From Carcharhinus amblyrhynchos (taxonomy: Eukaryota), in assembly GCA_965287045.1 (NCBI GenBank), contig OZ336870.1, forward strand, positions 113,212,001-113,276,000: a DNA stretch of 64,000 bases, read 5' to 3'. Below are positions 12,699-24,237 of this stretch, in pieces. A program made the translations under genes and the position numbers. The stretch's first letter is position 1, and every line of letters starts with the position of its first letter. The notes under the pieces are model-generated. The model was not told the origin of the DNA. It did not search any database and was given only the letters and a program-made list of their open reading frames with translations.

Positions 12699-12754
12699 AA
12701 GATGTGGAGATGCCGATGTTGGATTGGGATAGACAGAGTAAGGAGTCTCACAAC
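12699..12754 (-). mobile_element. Penelope-like element terminal fragment
   Basis: CAGAGTAAGGAGTCTCACAAC matches CACAGTAAAAAGTCTGACAAC at the edge of the hammerhead-bearing insertion (about 42915). Family call from recollection of shark Penelope-like repeats. Confidence 0.5.
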
Positions 12755-12830
12755 CTGCCCAACCTGAGATCATCTAATTCAGTGTCCCAAATTCTATGAT
12801 GTCCATCACAACAACATCTGTCTTGTATAT

Positions 12831-13098
12831 TGGCACAGCGGTTAGCGCTGCTGCAATTCCGGCTTTGGATGACTGTCTATGTAGAGTTTGCCCATTCTCC
12901 TTGTGACTGCGTGAGTTTCCTCCACATGTTCTGGTTTCCTCCCACTGTCCAAAAGACGTGCTAGTTAGGCGCATTGGCCATGCTAAATTCTCTCTCAGTG
13001 TACCCGAACAGGGGCTGGACTGTGGCGACCAGGGATTTTCACTGTAATTTCATTTGTAGTGTTAATGTAAGTCTACTTTTAACACTAATAAATAAATA
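12831..13098 (+). mobile_element. V-SINE variant with non-CR1 tail (internal deletion in head)
   Basis: V-domain present; tail CAGTGTACCCGAACAGG...GTGTTAATGTAAG...CACTAATAAATAAA. Confidence 0.85.
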
Positions 13099-13319
13099 AG
13101 ATTTCACCCACTCACTCTCGCGTTCACAAACTCATTCGCCCAACCTCTGACTGGCTTATCCAGCTGTTGTGCATCAGTTTCTAAGTCCTGCTGTGGGCTC
13201 TGAGCTCAGGGTCAGAGATCTGGACCATGTACGTGAGGTGCAATTGAATACTTATCTAGGTTATGTTACACTGGTTAATACCTAGTTTAACTCAACATTA
13301 ACTAAACTGAAAATCGTAA

Positions 13320-13600
13320 GTCACACCCCTGCAATCACCCTCCTGACACAACCCGATTATCTGTGCCACCACCACCACCCTGACCCAGTTATCCACCCAA
13401 CTCGACAACTCCCAACCTGTCCACTTAATACGACAAACTCCCTCACCCAAACCCCCAACTGACCAAATCTGACTATCTGATCCGATCACCTCTTCCCGGA
13501 CTGTCAATCCGACCTGACTATCACCACCCATTCATCTATACACAACCCCATGCTGACTTCTCATCACCCACTCATTTGCCCACCCATTCAATCACTCACC
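13320..13600. repeat. C/A-rich low-complexity tract
   Basis: Degenerate CACCC/ACTCACC units with very few G on the plus strand. Confidence 0.6.
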
Positions 13601-13616
13601 AACACATTTACTTGTA

Positions 13617-13910
13617 TAGTGGCACAGTGGTTAGCATTGCTGCTTCACAGCGCCAGGGACCCAGGTTCAATTTCGGCTTTGGATGACTGTCTGTGTAGAG
13701 TTTGCCCATTCTCCTTGTGTCTGCGTGAGTTTCCTCCAGGTGCTCTGGTTTTCTCCCACAATCCAAAAGACATCCTGGTTAGGTGCGTTGGCCATGCTAA
13801 ATTCTCCCTCAGTGTACCTTAACGGGTGTTGGAATGCAGCAACCAGGGATTTTCACAGTGATTTCATTGCAGTATTAATGTAAGCCTACTTTTAACACTG
13901 ATAAATAAGT
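13617..13910 (+). mobile_element. V-SINE variant with non-CR1 tail
   Basis: Head GGCACAGTGGTTAGC...GGTTCAATTTC, V-domain, and the same tail as 12831, 23488 and 58074. Confidence 0.88.
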
Positions 13911-14569
13911 AAGCGTTCACCCACTCACCCTCTTGCTCATACACTCACTCACCCCCCCTCTCACTGGCTCATCCATTCACTAGCCCACAATCATTCATTA
14001 AATTACTCCAGACCGATAAAAATGTACCTGAAAACAGTAGCCACTGTTGTGAAAAGGGAGCATATTCTCTCCTTCCTTTGACTCTCCTGCATTCACTGGA
14101 CTACATTGGAGAGGCAGCCCTGTCCATGTCTATTTCAGTGGGGATGAGAAGTCCCAGCTGAAAATGAGCAGTCCCACTGTGGGGGTAGGGAACAAACCAA
14201 GTACCTTTCCGGTCTCTATTGCTCAACCACTCACAGGATGAATGCACTGGGTGATGTGGGCCACAGTTAAACTAGTTAATCATAGCAAATTCCAATCTGA
14301 CTTGAAAACTCGGGAATATGATTATAAAATCAAACAAGTGGAAATATTTTATTTATGCATTCAGTCTTCCAAGGGCTGCTGTTGCTTTCCTGCTGCATAC
14401 ATATTCAGTTATACTGAGAAGAGTAGGTTTGCAGTAAGAGTGGAATCCTTGGTGAGGCTCAGAAAGATAGAGCACAGGGAATATCATATAAAATAAATGA
14501 GCTCTGCCAGAGCCTGGACAGTGCACCACACTCTTGCATAGAAAATTGCTGTCCATTTGGGACTGTGGT

Positions 14570-14934
14570 ATAAGAACATAAGAACATAAGAAATAGGAGC
14601 AGGAGTAGGCCATCTGGCCCTTCGAGCCTGCCCCGCCATTCAATAAGATCATGGCTGATCTGTCGTGGCTCAGTTCCACTTTCCCGCCCTCTCCCCATAA
14701 CCCTTAATCCCCTCTCTTATCAAAAACCCATCAACCCGCTTCTTAAAAATATTTAGCGAGGCAGCCTCCACCACTTCAACGGGCAGAGAATTCCAGAGAT
14801 TCACCACCCTTTGAGTGAAGAAGTTCCTCCTCAACTCCGTTCTGAACCGCCCCCCCTTTATCTTGAGGCTGTGCCCCCTAGTCCTACTGTCTTTTTTGAG
14901 CGGGAAGAGTCTTTCCACCTCTATCCTATCCATC
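14570..14934 (-). mobile_element. Young CR1 (subfamily A) 3' end
   Basis: (AAGAACAT)n tail; ORF MDRIEVERLFPLKKDSRTRGHSLKI...GKWN essentially identical to the copies at 31926 and 48052. Confidence 0.95.
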
Positions 14935-15694
14935 GGCTGAAGTGAAGGAAGGTGACAAGACAACTTACTCAGCATCTGATCACTGTGGAGTTAAACTGGC
15001 CTTTGTTTTTAATTTGCTTAGCTTAAGTGACCTTGTTGATGTGATATAATTACTCAAAGCTGTGTCTGTAGACTATTAGCCTCGCTGGCTAAAGAACATT
15101 TGAACATAGGAAAGCAGAACTGGCCAAGAGTTTGAGATATATTTTTCCGACTGGTGCTATGCCAATGCAGATGCTTAATTTGCTCATACAAAATTCTTTA
15201 TTGTGTTTTATTTTTATTACTGCAGGTGTTGATCTAGTGCAAAGACCAATACAGGAACAACACCAGTTATTCTCAGCTTTATTGTGTATGGTTTCACAAC
15301 CACAAATCATCAGCTGGAGATTCACCCAATTCTATGTAATGGCATTCCTTATAATAATTAGATCAAAATCTGGCTCATCATTTTCTTTCAGTAACATTTG
15401 TCAATCATTATTTTTCTCTGTTTGCCAGCTACATTTTTTTGTGTCATGTGAATTCGAAACTGTGGTAATACAAAACCAGAGATTAAACCAAGCAAACTTT
15501 TCAGACTGTTATTTGTTTTGGAGAAAATAGTGCATCAAGTACAATGCAAAAGGTGGTATCAGAATAGTGTTACGATATAGGTAGAATTCTGGATCAGAAT
15601 TTTAGCAAAAATTTGCAGAACAGCATTCTCCGTTAGCCTAGGGCTGGATTCTCCAAGTGTCCCTGGGTAGGCGAGGCAATAAATTCTGGCACTA

Positions 15695-15950
15695 GAGTCA
15701 TACAGTGCAGAAAAGGCTCTTTGGCTCATCGAGTGTGCAGCAGCAACATCTACCACTAAAAGTGGGTTAATCGGATTTTCTTACACTTGTCCCATATCCA
15801 CGATATTATGGTATTTCAAATGCTCATCCAAATACTTTTTAAAGGTTGTAACGTTTCTGACCTTGACTATCTTCCCAGACAGTGCATTCCAGATTCTAAC
15901 AACCCTCTAAATGAAAAGGTTTTCCTCAAATCCCTTCTGAATTTCCTTCC
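15695..15950 (-). mobile_element. Old CR1 3' fragment
   Basis: CATACAGTGCAGAAAAGGC...CAGTGCATTCCAGATTCTAACAACCCTC, the reverse complement of the CR1 'RVV.IWNAL' region and 3' UTR. Confidence 0.7.
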
Positions 15951-18099
15951 CATTACTATGTTAAGGCATTGTCAATAAATAGAGGTGTATGATTTTCACT
16001 TCCTTGAAATTTGTGCCAATTTGACAGTAACACATAGCAATGGATAACGTATAAGTCACAGAGTGCAAGTTACAATCCTGCCTATTTTCTATAAATTACA
16101 ATAAGTACAAACTCCTCCTTTATTCTCATCCTCATTGGGAAATGTTATACAATCTCATACACATTCTCACTATAACACAGAAGCAGGACTGTTTCAGTGG
16201 GAAGTGTCAGTTAGCAAAACTGACTGCCACGTGTGAGACACACTCCAGTTCCAGCTGTTGAGCAACTTTATTCTCGCCTTCCTGAGCTCACACTTAATCA
16301 TTAATAGGTATGCAAACTAGAGGAAATTTATGGGACAATGCTCCTCTGTTCACAAAACTGTACATAATGAAGAGTGGCAGAATGGCAGGAAAAGGCTGCA
16401 ATGGAACAAAAGCCTGAGCTTCAAACCTTTAAAACCCTCAAAAGCCAGTAATGCAAATGATTGGGAAAGATTGGGATGGAGGCAGGGGGCAGGGGCAGTA
16501 AAGCCAATTTAACTTATGACGATCTTGCCACAGAGATGCATCAAAAAGTGTACATTTTCTGCAAGTTCGGTTCCCGGGGCTATCTATCCAAATTTGCACA
16601 ACCATATTTTTCTGATAAATGTGACAGGTTTACTAGGCTTATGGCCCATAACATAAAGTCAAAAAAATTAAACCCCTGGTGCGAGTGAGGATTAGAAATA
16701 CCAAGAGTTATAACTACGTAAAGAGAGGCCACATTTTTCAAACTATACAAGATGTTTCTGATGAGTAACACATGATATGTTGATTATAGCTCTCAGATTT
16801 TTTGGAACTATGTATTATAAAGCTGAAGAACAAATTTGAAAAAAAAATCAGCAAGTGTGAGTTTTTTTAAAGCCTTCAAATCAGGCTGTTTAATATTAGT
16901 AGTAAATATGTTAATATAGTCAAACGGAATTCAATTGCTTGCTCTTTCAATGAATGTAACAATATGGCAAGTCCCAGAAATAGCCAGAGACATTTAATTT
17001 ATGACTGGCCTTTACCACACAAACTTAATGTATGAGTCTCCATTACACGTTTCTGAATTCAGAACTTTGAAGACTGCTTATGTGAGTTGCAGTGGAAAGA
17101 GTTTAGCAGACTCTCTGCAAGATCTGACGTGCAAGATGTTGTACAATACTCATTTTCTTTTATGGTTCATTGATTTGTAAAGAAATTGCCATTTCAACAA
17201 TGTTGCTGTCAAATTAACCTAATTGGCTTTAGTGTAGTTCTTTCTAGAAATCTGTCACATCCCATTTTCAGGATTTCCCTAGATTTGAAACTGTTTGCTA
17301 ATTATTTTCACATAATAAATTTAACTTAAGCATACTCAGTTCAGTACCTTCAGTTCATTAGCTAGCTCTTTGTTCTTATGAAAACACAGGCACTATAACA
17401 TAGTCAGACATGATTTGAGGTTTTGAAATCATGTTAATTTAATTTGCTTATTCTGTAGAAACTCCAATCATTTTGTACCACTCAATCCCATTTGCATCAG
17501 TGAATCACTCCCTTTACAGCTAAGATTACAATTCTACTCCGATGAAAAGAAATAATTCTGTTTTATAATTTGTTAAATATTTCATCAATAATCCAGAAAT
17601 AATATATCACTATAATGAAAGTGTAACATCTAAAATAATGGAGAGGCAAGAGTTTGAGTGAATATATTATATCTTGACATTCTCATAATCCTCATCTAGG
17701 CACAAGTGTGTTAACTGATATAATTATTGGGAGATAATTTAAGTGTTTAAGTTAGGATGCCTAAAAAATGTTCCCCATGAGTTTAGAAGTGGAACCAAAA
17801 TCTGTGCAGATTGGGTATAAATTGCTATTCTTTGCTCCCATATTTTATCCACAAAGTTCTGGCTCAATGCACAACTATTTTTATTCCTTCCTCCTTAAGT
17901 GATTGAAACCAGTTATCATATCAAGTACTAGCTTCTACCTACAATTCTCCAAGTGGTATGCTCTTTCTCTTAATAAAGAAATTTAGGAACTAGCAAGCCA
18001 AAGTCTAATGTTTCTCCATTCTTCACATTCATACCTCTGTTACCTCTGGACTTGATTATTCTAATGCATTTTTATCCATTGTAAATTTAACATTATCTA

Positions 18100-18492
18100 G
18101 AAGTCTGCTCTCTATATCCTAATTCCATTTATCCATCTCCCCTTTGCTAACTGACCTACATTGACTCCCGATTTAAAAAAAACACCTAGATTTTAAAATT
18201 CTCATCCTTGTCTTCAAATCCCTTTATACGTCACCCCTCCCTATCTCTGTAACCACCTCCAGCTCTAAATCTCTCTGAGGTTGCTCTGCTCCTCCCATTC
18301 TGGCTGCTTGAGCATCCCCAATTTTAATTTTGCCACCATTGGTAGCCATGTCTTTAGCTATCTAGGTCTGTAGCTCTGGAATTTCTTTCTTAAGCTTTTC
18401 CACTTCTCTATGTAGCTTTCCTCCTTTGGTATACTACTTACCATATACCTTTTTGCCCAAACTTTTGGCTGTCTGACTAGTATCTCCTTATG
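18100..18492 (+). mobile_element. L2 LINE 3' region (continues at 20813-20897)
   Basis: GACCTACATTGACTCCC...TTTAAAATTCTCATCCTTG...CTCTGGAATT, corresponding to L2 'LHWLP...FKIL...LWNSLP'. The terminal ...GATATAAATACAAG lies after the nested insertions. Confidence 0.75.
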
Positions 18493-18521
18493 GGCTGGAT
18501 TCTCTGACCTCGTCCACAGCT

Positions 18522-20709
18522 ATAAGACCATAAGACATAGGAGCAGAATTAGGCCACTCAGCCCATCACTTCTGTTCCGCCGTTCAATCATGGCTAATAT
18601 TTTTCTCATCCCCATTCTCCTGCTTTTTCCCCATAACCCCTGATCCCCTTATTAATCAAGAATCTATCTATTTTTATCTTAAAGACACTCAATGACCTGG
18701 CCTCTACAACCTTCTGTGGCAAAGAATGCCACAGATTCACCACTCTCTCGCTGAAGAAATTCCTCCTCATTTCTAAAGGATTTTCTCTTTAGCCCTCTGG
18801 TTCTAGTTTTTCCAACTAGTGGAAACATCCTCTCCATGTCCACTCTATCCTGGCCTCGCAGTATCTGCTAAATTTCAATAAAATCACCCCTCATCCTTCT
18901 AAACTCCAATGAGTACAGACCAGAGTCCTTAACTGTTCCTCATACAACAAGCTCTTCATTCCAGGGATCATTCCTGTGAACCTCCTCTGAACCCTTTTCA
19001 AGGCCAGCACATCCTTCCTTCGATATGGGGCCCCAAACTGCTCACAATACTCCCAATGGGGTCTGACCAGAAACTTACGCAGCCTCAGAAGTACGTCCTT
19101 ACTCTTGTACTCTCGCCCTCTCAACATGAATGCTAACATTGCATTTGCCTTTCTAACTGCCGACTGAACCTGCACATTAACCTTCAGAGAATCTTGAACA
19201 ATGACTCCCAAGTCCCTTTGTGTTTCTGATTTCTTAAGCATTTTCCCACTTAGAATATAACCTATGCCTCCATTCCTCCTTCCAAAGTGCATAACCTCAC
19301 ACTTTTCCACATTGTATTCCATCTGCCATTTCTTTGCCCACTCTCCTAACCCGTCCAAGTCCTTCTGCAGCCCCCCGCTTCATCAATATTACCTGTCCCT
19401 CTGCATATCTTTGTATCATCTGCAAACTTATTTGATTTTGATTTGCTTTGATTTATTATTGTCACATGTATTAACATACAGTGAAAATTGCTCTTGCACG
19501 CTATACAGACAAAACATACTGTTCATAAAGAAGAAAATGAGAGAGCAGAATATAGTGTTACAGTCATAGCTAGGGTGTAGAGAACGATCAACTTAATGCA
19601 AGGTAAGACCATTCAAAAGTCTTACAGCAACAGGGAAGAAGCTGTTCTTAAGTTGGTTATTACGTGACCTCAAAATTTTGTATCTTTTTCCCAAAGGAAG
19701 AAGGTGGAAGAGAGAATGTCCGGGGTTGCTGCGGTCTTTAATTATGCTGGCTGCTTTGCTGAGGCAGCAGGAAGTGTAGACAGAGCCAATGGATGGGAGG
19801 CTGGTTTGCATGATGGATTAGGCTACATTTACGACCTTTTGTAGTTCCTTGTGGTCTTCGGCAGAGCAGGAGCCATACCAAGCTGTGATACAACCAGAAA
19901 GAATGCTTTCTATGGTGCATCTGTAAAAATTGGTGAAAGTCGTAGCTGACATACCAAATTCCCTCAGTCTTCTGAGAAAGTAGAGGCATTGGTGGGCTTT
20001 CTTAACTATAGTGTTGGCACTGGGGGACCAGGACAGGTTGTTGGTGATCTGGATGCCAAAAAAACTTGAAGCTCTTGGCTCTTTCTACTTCATCCCCATT
20101 GATGTAGACAGAGGCATGTTCTCCTTTATGCTTCCGAAAGTCGATGACAATCTCCTTCATTTTGTTGACATTGAGGGAGAGATTATTGTCGTCACACTGA
20201 TTCACCAAATTCTCTATCTCATTCATGTACTCTGTCTTGTCATTGTTTGAGATCTGACCCACTACGGTGGTGTCGTTAGCAAACCTGAAAATCGAATTGG
20301 AGGGGAATTTGGCCATACAGTCATAGATGTATAAGGAGTATAGGAGGGGGCTGAGAACACAGCCTTGTGGGGCACCAGTATGTCTTCAACAGTGCAATAC
20401 CAACAGTGCCTTCAGTTCCTTCCTCCAAATTGTTAATATATATTGTGAAAAGTTGTGGTGCCAGCACCGACCCCAAGGCACACCACTAGTCACCAGCTGC
20501 CATCTGAAAAAGATCCCTTTATCTCCACTCTCTGCCTTCTGTCAGTCATCCAATCCTCTAACCATGCCAGGATTGTACCTTTAACACCATGGGCACATAA
20601 TTTATTTCAGTCTCCTATGTGGCACCTTGTCAATGGCTTTCTGGAAATCTAAATGAATCACGTCACTGGCTCTCCTTTATCTAACTTCCTTGTTACCTCC
20701 TCAAAGAAT
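18522..20709 (-). mobile_element. Older CR1 split by Rex1 insertion
   Basis: TAAGACCATAAGACATAGG tail; ORF 18891-19358 (WQMEYNVEKCEVMHFG); RT sequence resumes at 20401. Confidence 0.92.
19431..20379 (-). mobile_element. Rex1/Babar-clade LINE, 5'-truncated
   Basis: Minus-strand fragments GAPQGCVLSPLLYSLY, FANDTTVVGQISNND, NNLSLNVNKMKEIVIDFRK and NSFFPVAVRLLN are typical of Rex1/Babar RT; (ATCAA)n-like tail. Confidence 0.88.
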
Positions 20710-21793
20710 TGAGCTTCTCCAGTTCCCCTGCAGTGAAGATTTGGCTGAGCACCAACTTCTCCATTCTCGCTGGCAGTGGTGGCAGGCCATGATCAGCCAG
20801 AGAATTCCAGCCTGTGTGTCTCAGTGTCATATCTTGTTTCATTATGCTCCTATGGAGTTCCTTGTAAGGTGGGATGATATAAATACAAGGCTATTTTGAA
20901 TTTGAGTCAACTTGTGCTGTTTCTCCTCATCCCGAGTGCTGATTGCAGGTTATATTGATAGAAACTTATACTGAATGAATGATACAATGAACTAAGAGAT
21001 AGTAACATCCCAAACAACATGAATAAAAAGTATCGCTTTCATTCCTGATATGTGAGATGTGCTGTACAGAAAATCAGGCGCTTTATCAGAACCAGTTGGT
21101 AAGAAAAATGATTGACGAGTAAGTTGGAGTGCAGTGTTCCAACAGAACAGTCCCTTCCTATACTCCTTATACACCTATTCAGTTATCTATAGGAGAAGAT
21201 ATCTGATATTATTCTAACTGCACATTGCTCCTCTCATGCACTTTTTTTTCTCTAAACCAGCTGTGTCACTCGGTCCCACATTTCCTCCCACAGGAAGGTT
21301 GGGGGATCAGGCAGGCTGCACCACTTGCTCCTCTTTCCTGCTAATACTTTTGCTCCCTTATTTCCTGTGCCTCTGGCATTGACTTCTTGCAGGCGGAGAC
21401 CCCTGAGTGCTGGTCACTTGCTGGCAGTTCTGCATGTGTAAATTTGGGCAGTGCACACTGGCAAAATGTCTAACATGGGTACATCAAAGCAAAACCTGAT
21501 CTTGCCCCTTTGCTGCACAGTCACCTCTGTATACTTAAAGGATGGGTTGTGAGATGGGAGTCAGAAGTAAGAAGCTTTGGTGACAGCACCATTCCTAACC
21601 TATGGTGCTAAGGCCAATAATAATATCTCTGCCACTCAGCTACTCACCCACCAGAACCGAATTAATCATAATGAGGGAAGAGCTTTATATAAAGAATCAC
21701 ACTGATGCCAGTGATATTGTCTGTTTCTGACCCTAAACCCCAGATGAATGATTCTGCCAGTGCACTCTTCTATTTTGGCTTTGATGAATGATT

Positions 21794-23367
21794 GAACATA
21801 AGAACATAAGAAATAGGAGCAGGAGTAGGCCATCTAGCCCTTTGAGCCTGCCCCGCCATTCAATAAGATCATGGCTGATCTGAAGTGGATCAGTTCCACT
21901 TTCCCGCTGTCTCCCCATAACCCTTAATTCCCTTGTCTGTCAAAAACCTATCTACCCATGACTTAAATATATTTAGCGAGGCAGCCTCCACCACTTCAAC
22001 GGGCAGAGAATTCCAGAGATTCACCACCCTTTGAGTGAAGAAGTTCCTCCTCAACTCTGATCTAAAACTGCCCCCCCTCATCTTGAGGCTGTGCTCTCTA
22101 GTCCTGCTATCACTTGTAAGCAGGAAGAATCTCTCTACCTCTACCCTATCCATCCTTTTCATTAACTTATACATCTCTATAAGATCCCCCCTCATCCTTC
22201 TAAACTCCAATGAGTACAGACCCAGTCTATTTAGTCTCTTTTCATAGTCCAACCTCCTCATCTCCGGTATCAGCCAAGTGAACCTCCTCTGTACTCCCTC
22301 CAAGGCCAAAATATCCTTGCGCAAGTGCGGCAACCAAAACTGCACACAGTACTCCAGCTGCGGCCTCACCAGTACCCTGTATAGTTGCAGCAAGATCTCC
22401 CTACTTTTATATTCTATCCCCCTCGCTATAAAGGCCAGCATTCCATTCCCCTTGATCACCTGCTGCACTTGCAGACTGGGTTTTTGCGACTCATGCACAA
22501 GGACCCCCAGGTCCCTCTGCACCGTAGCATGCTGAAGCTTTTCGCCCTTTAAATAGTAATCCTTCCTACTATTATTCCTGCCAAAGTGGATAACCTCACA
22601 CTTGCTAACATTATACTCCATCTGCCAGGTCCTCGCCCACTCACTCAGCCTATCCAGATCCCTCTGAAGACTTTCCACACCCTCCACGCAATTTGCTTTA
22701 CCAATCATCTTCGTGTCATCAGCAAATTTCGTCACCCTACACTCAGCCCCCTCCTCCAGATCATCTATATAAATGGTAAATAGCTGAGGCCCCAGCACCG
22801 ATCCCTGCGGCACTCCACCAGTCACCAACCGCCAATCAGAATAGCACACATTGATACCAACTCTCTGCTTCCTATTAGACAATCAATCCTCTATCCACGC
22901 TAACACCTTACCCCCAACTCCGTGCACCCTTACCTTCTGTAGCAATCTTTTATGAGGCACCTTATCAAACGCCTTTTGAAAATCTAGAAACATCACATCC
23001 ATCGGTTCCCCTCTGTCTACCGAACTAGTCACATCCTCATAGAAATCCAATAAATTTGTCAAACACGACTTCCCCTTAACGAATCCATGCTGCGTCTGCT
23101 CTATCAAACCGTTCCTTTCTCGGTGCCTCGCTATTTCTTCTTTGATGACGGATTCAAGCATTTTTCCAACTACAGACGTTAAACTAACCGGCCTATAATT
23201 CCCTGCCTTTTGTCTGCTACCTTTTTAAACAGCAGCATAACATTAGCCATTTTCCAATCTTCCGGCACTTCCCTGGAGTCCAGCGAATTTTGGTAAATAA
23301 TCACTAAGGTATCCATTATCACCTCTGCCATTTCCTTCAGAACCCTGGGATGCATTCCATCCGGTCC
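21794..23367 (-). mobile_element. Relatively young CR1 (subfamily A-related), 1.57 kb, with an in-frame stop
   Basis: ORFs 22883-23161 and 21890-22882 abut in frame, separated by a TGA where a Trp is expected; motifs LDFQKAFDKV, GVPQGSVLGP and KFADD. Confidence 0.97.
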
Positions 23368-23374
23368 TTCATCT

Positions 23375-24109
23375 CAGTGGGCCACAAGATCGTATCAGGC
23401 TTTTTCACTAACTATGCCCCAAAAATACAATTCAATATGTTTAATACATGCCAAATATTTCATAACAAGTTATAGTTAATGAGATACAGGGCAGCATGGT
23501 GGCACAGTGATTAGCACTGCTGCCTCACACGGCCAGAGGCAGTAGTTCGATTTCCTGCTTGGATCACTGTCTGTGCAAAGTCTGCACATTCTGTCCACAT
23601 CTTTGTGGCTTTCCTCCAGTGCTTCAGTTTCCTCCTATAGTCCAAAAGATGTGCTGATTAGGTTCATTAGCTATGCTAAATTCTCCCTCAGTGTACCCGA
23701 ACAGGTACCAGAGTGTGGCGACTAGGGGAGTTTCACAGTAACTTCATTGCAGTGTTAATGTAAGCCTATTTGTGACACTGATAAATAAACTTTAAGCTTT
23801 AGAAAATGCTTAATCATTCATATACTGATAGAACTGTCATCAACTTCAAGTGGTAAAAGCAAAATAAATATTTCTGCTTCATTGGATACAGAGGGTGTGC
23901 ATGGCTCTCACAATCAATGTTGTGCAATCAGCACACACCTCACCTCACTGGCCCTTGTTTTATGTGGGTACTACTTCAATCATACCGGAGGGAAAAAAAA
24001 ACTATGTGGAAGGAAACCAGAGGAATGTGGCAATTCTACAAGTGAGCAAGAGTCAACAAAATGTCTCATGGGCCACATGCAGATTCTTGATGGGCCACAT
24101 GTGGCTCTG
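23375..24109. mobile_element. Possible hAT-type non-autonomous element remnant (contains a SINE)
   Basis: Subterminal-style GGGCCACA motifs at about 23379, 24070 and 24092 (GGGCCACATGTGGC); true termini not seen. Confidence 0.3.
23488..23792 (+). mobile_element. V-SINE variant with non-CR1 tail, full length
   Basis: GGGCAGCATGGTGGCACAGTGATTAGC head; tail ...TGTGACACTGATAAATAAACTT. Confidence 0.9.
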
Positions 24110-24237
24110 GGGAGGAGATTTTCCTGTTCCACCTGCCACTGGAATCGCTGTGGGTGGAGGGGCAGATCATGCAAAAGTCCGTTGACCTTGGGTGGGATTT
24201 TCCAGTTTTGAGGTGAGCGCGGCTGGAAAATACTGCC
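24110..24237. mobile_element. Harbinger-like MITE
   Basis: Imperfect TIRs (..GATTTTCC / GGAAAATACTGCC); CTG on both flanks (24107-24109, 24238-24240). Confidence 0.65.

Larger units (their letters stand above)
10935..12700 (-). mobile_element. Older CR1 fragment interrupted by a young CR1 tail and a solo LTR
   Basis: ORF 11347-11637 (MEFNPDKCEVMHFG...RPHLEYCVQF); CR1 sequence reads continuously across both insertions. Confidence 0.9.
18493..20812. mobile_element. Harbinger-like MITE split by a CR1 insertion
   Basis: Left TIR GGCTGGATTCTCTG at 18493 and right TIR CAGAGAATTCCAGCC ending 20812; the joined halves resemble the intact copy at 44662-44797. Confidence 0.75.

Noticed and set aside
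21380-21650. Possible LF-SINE-like ancient SINE (also about 44000-44310)
   Set aside because: Too degraded to support by eye.
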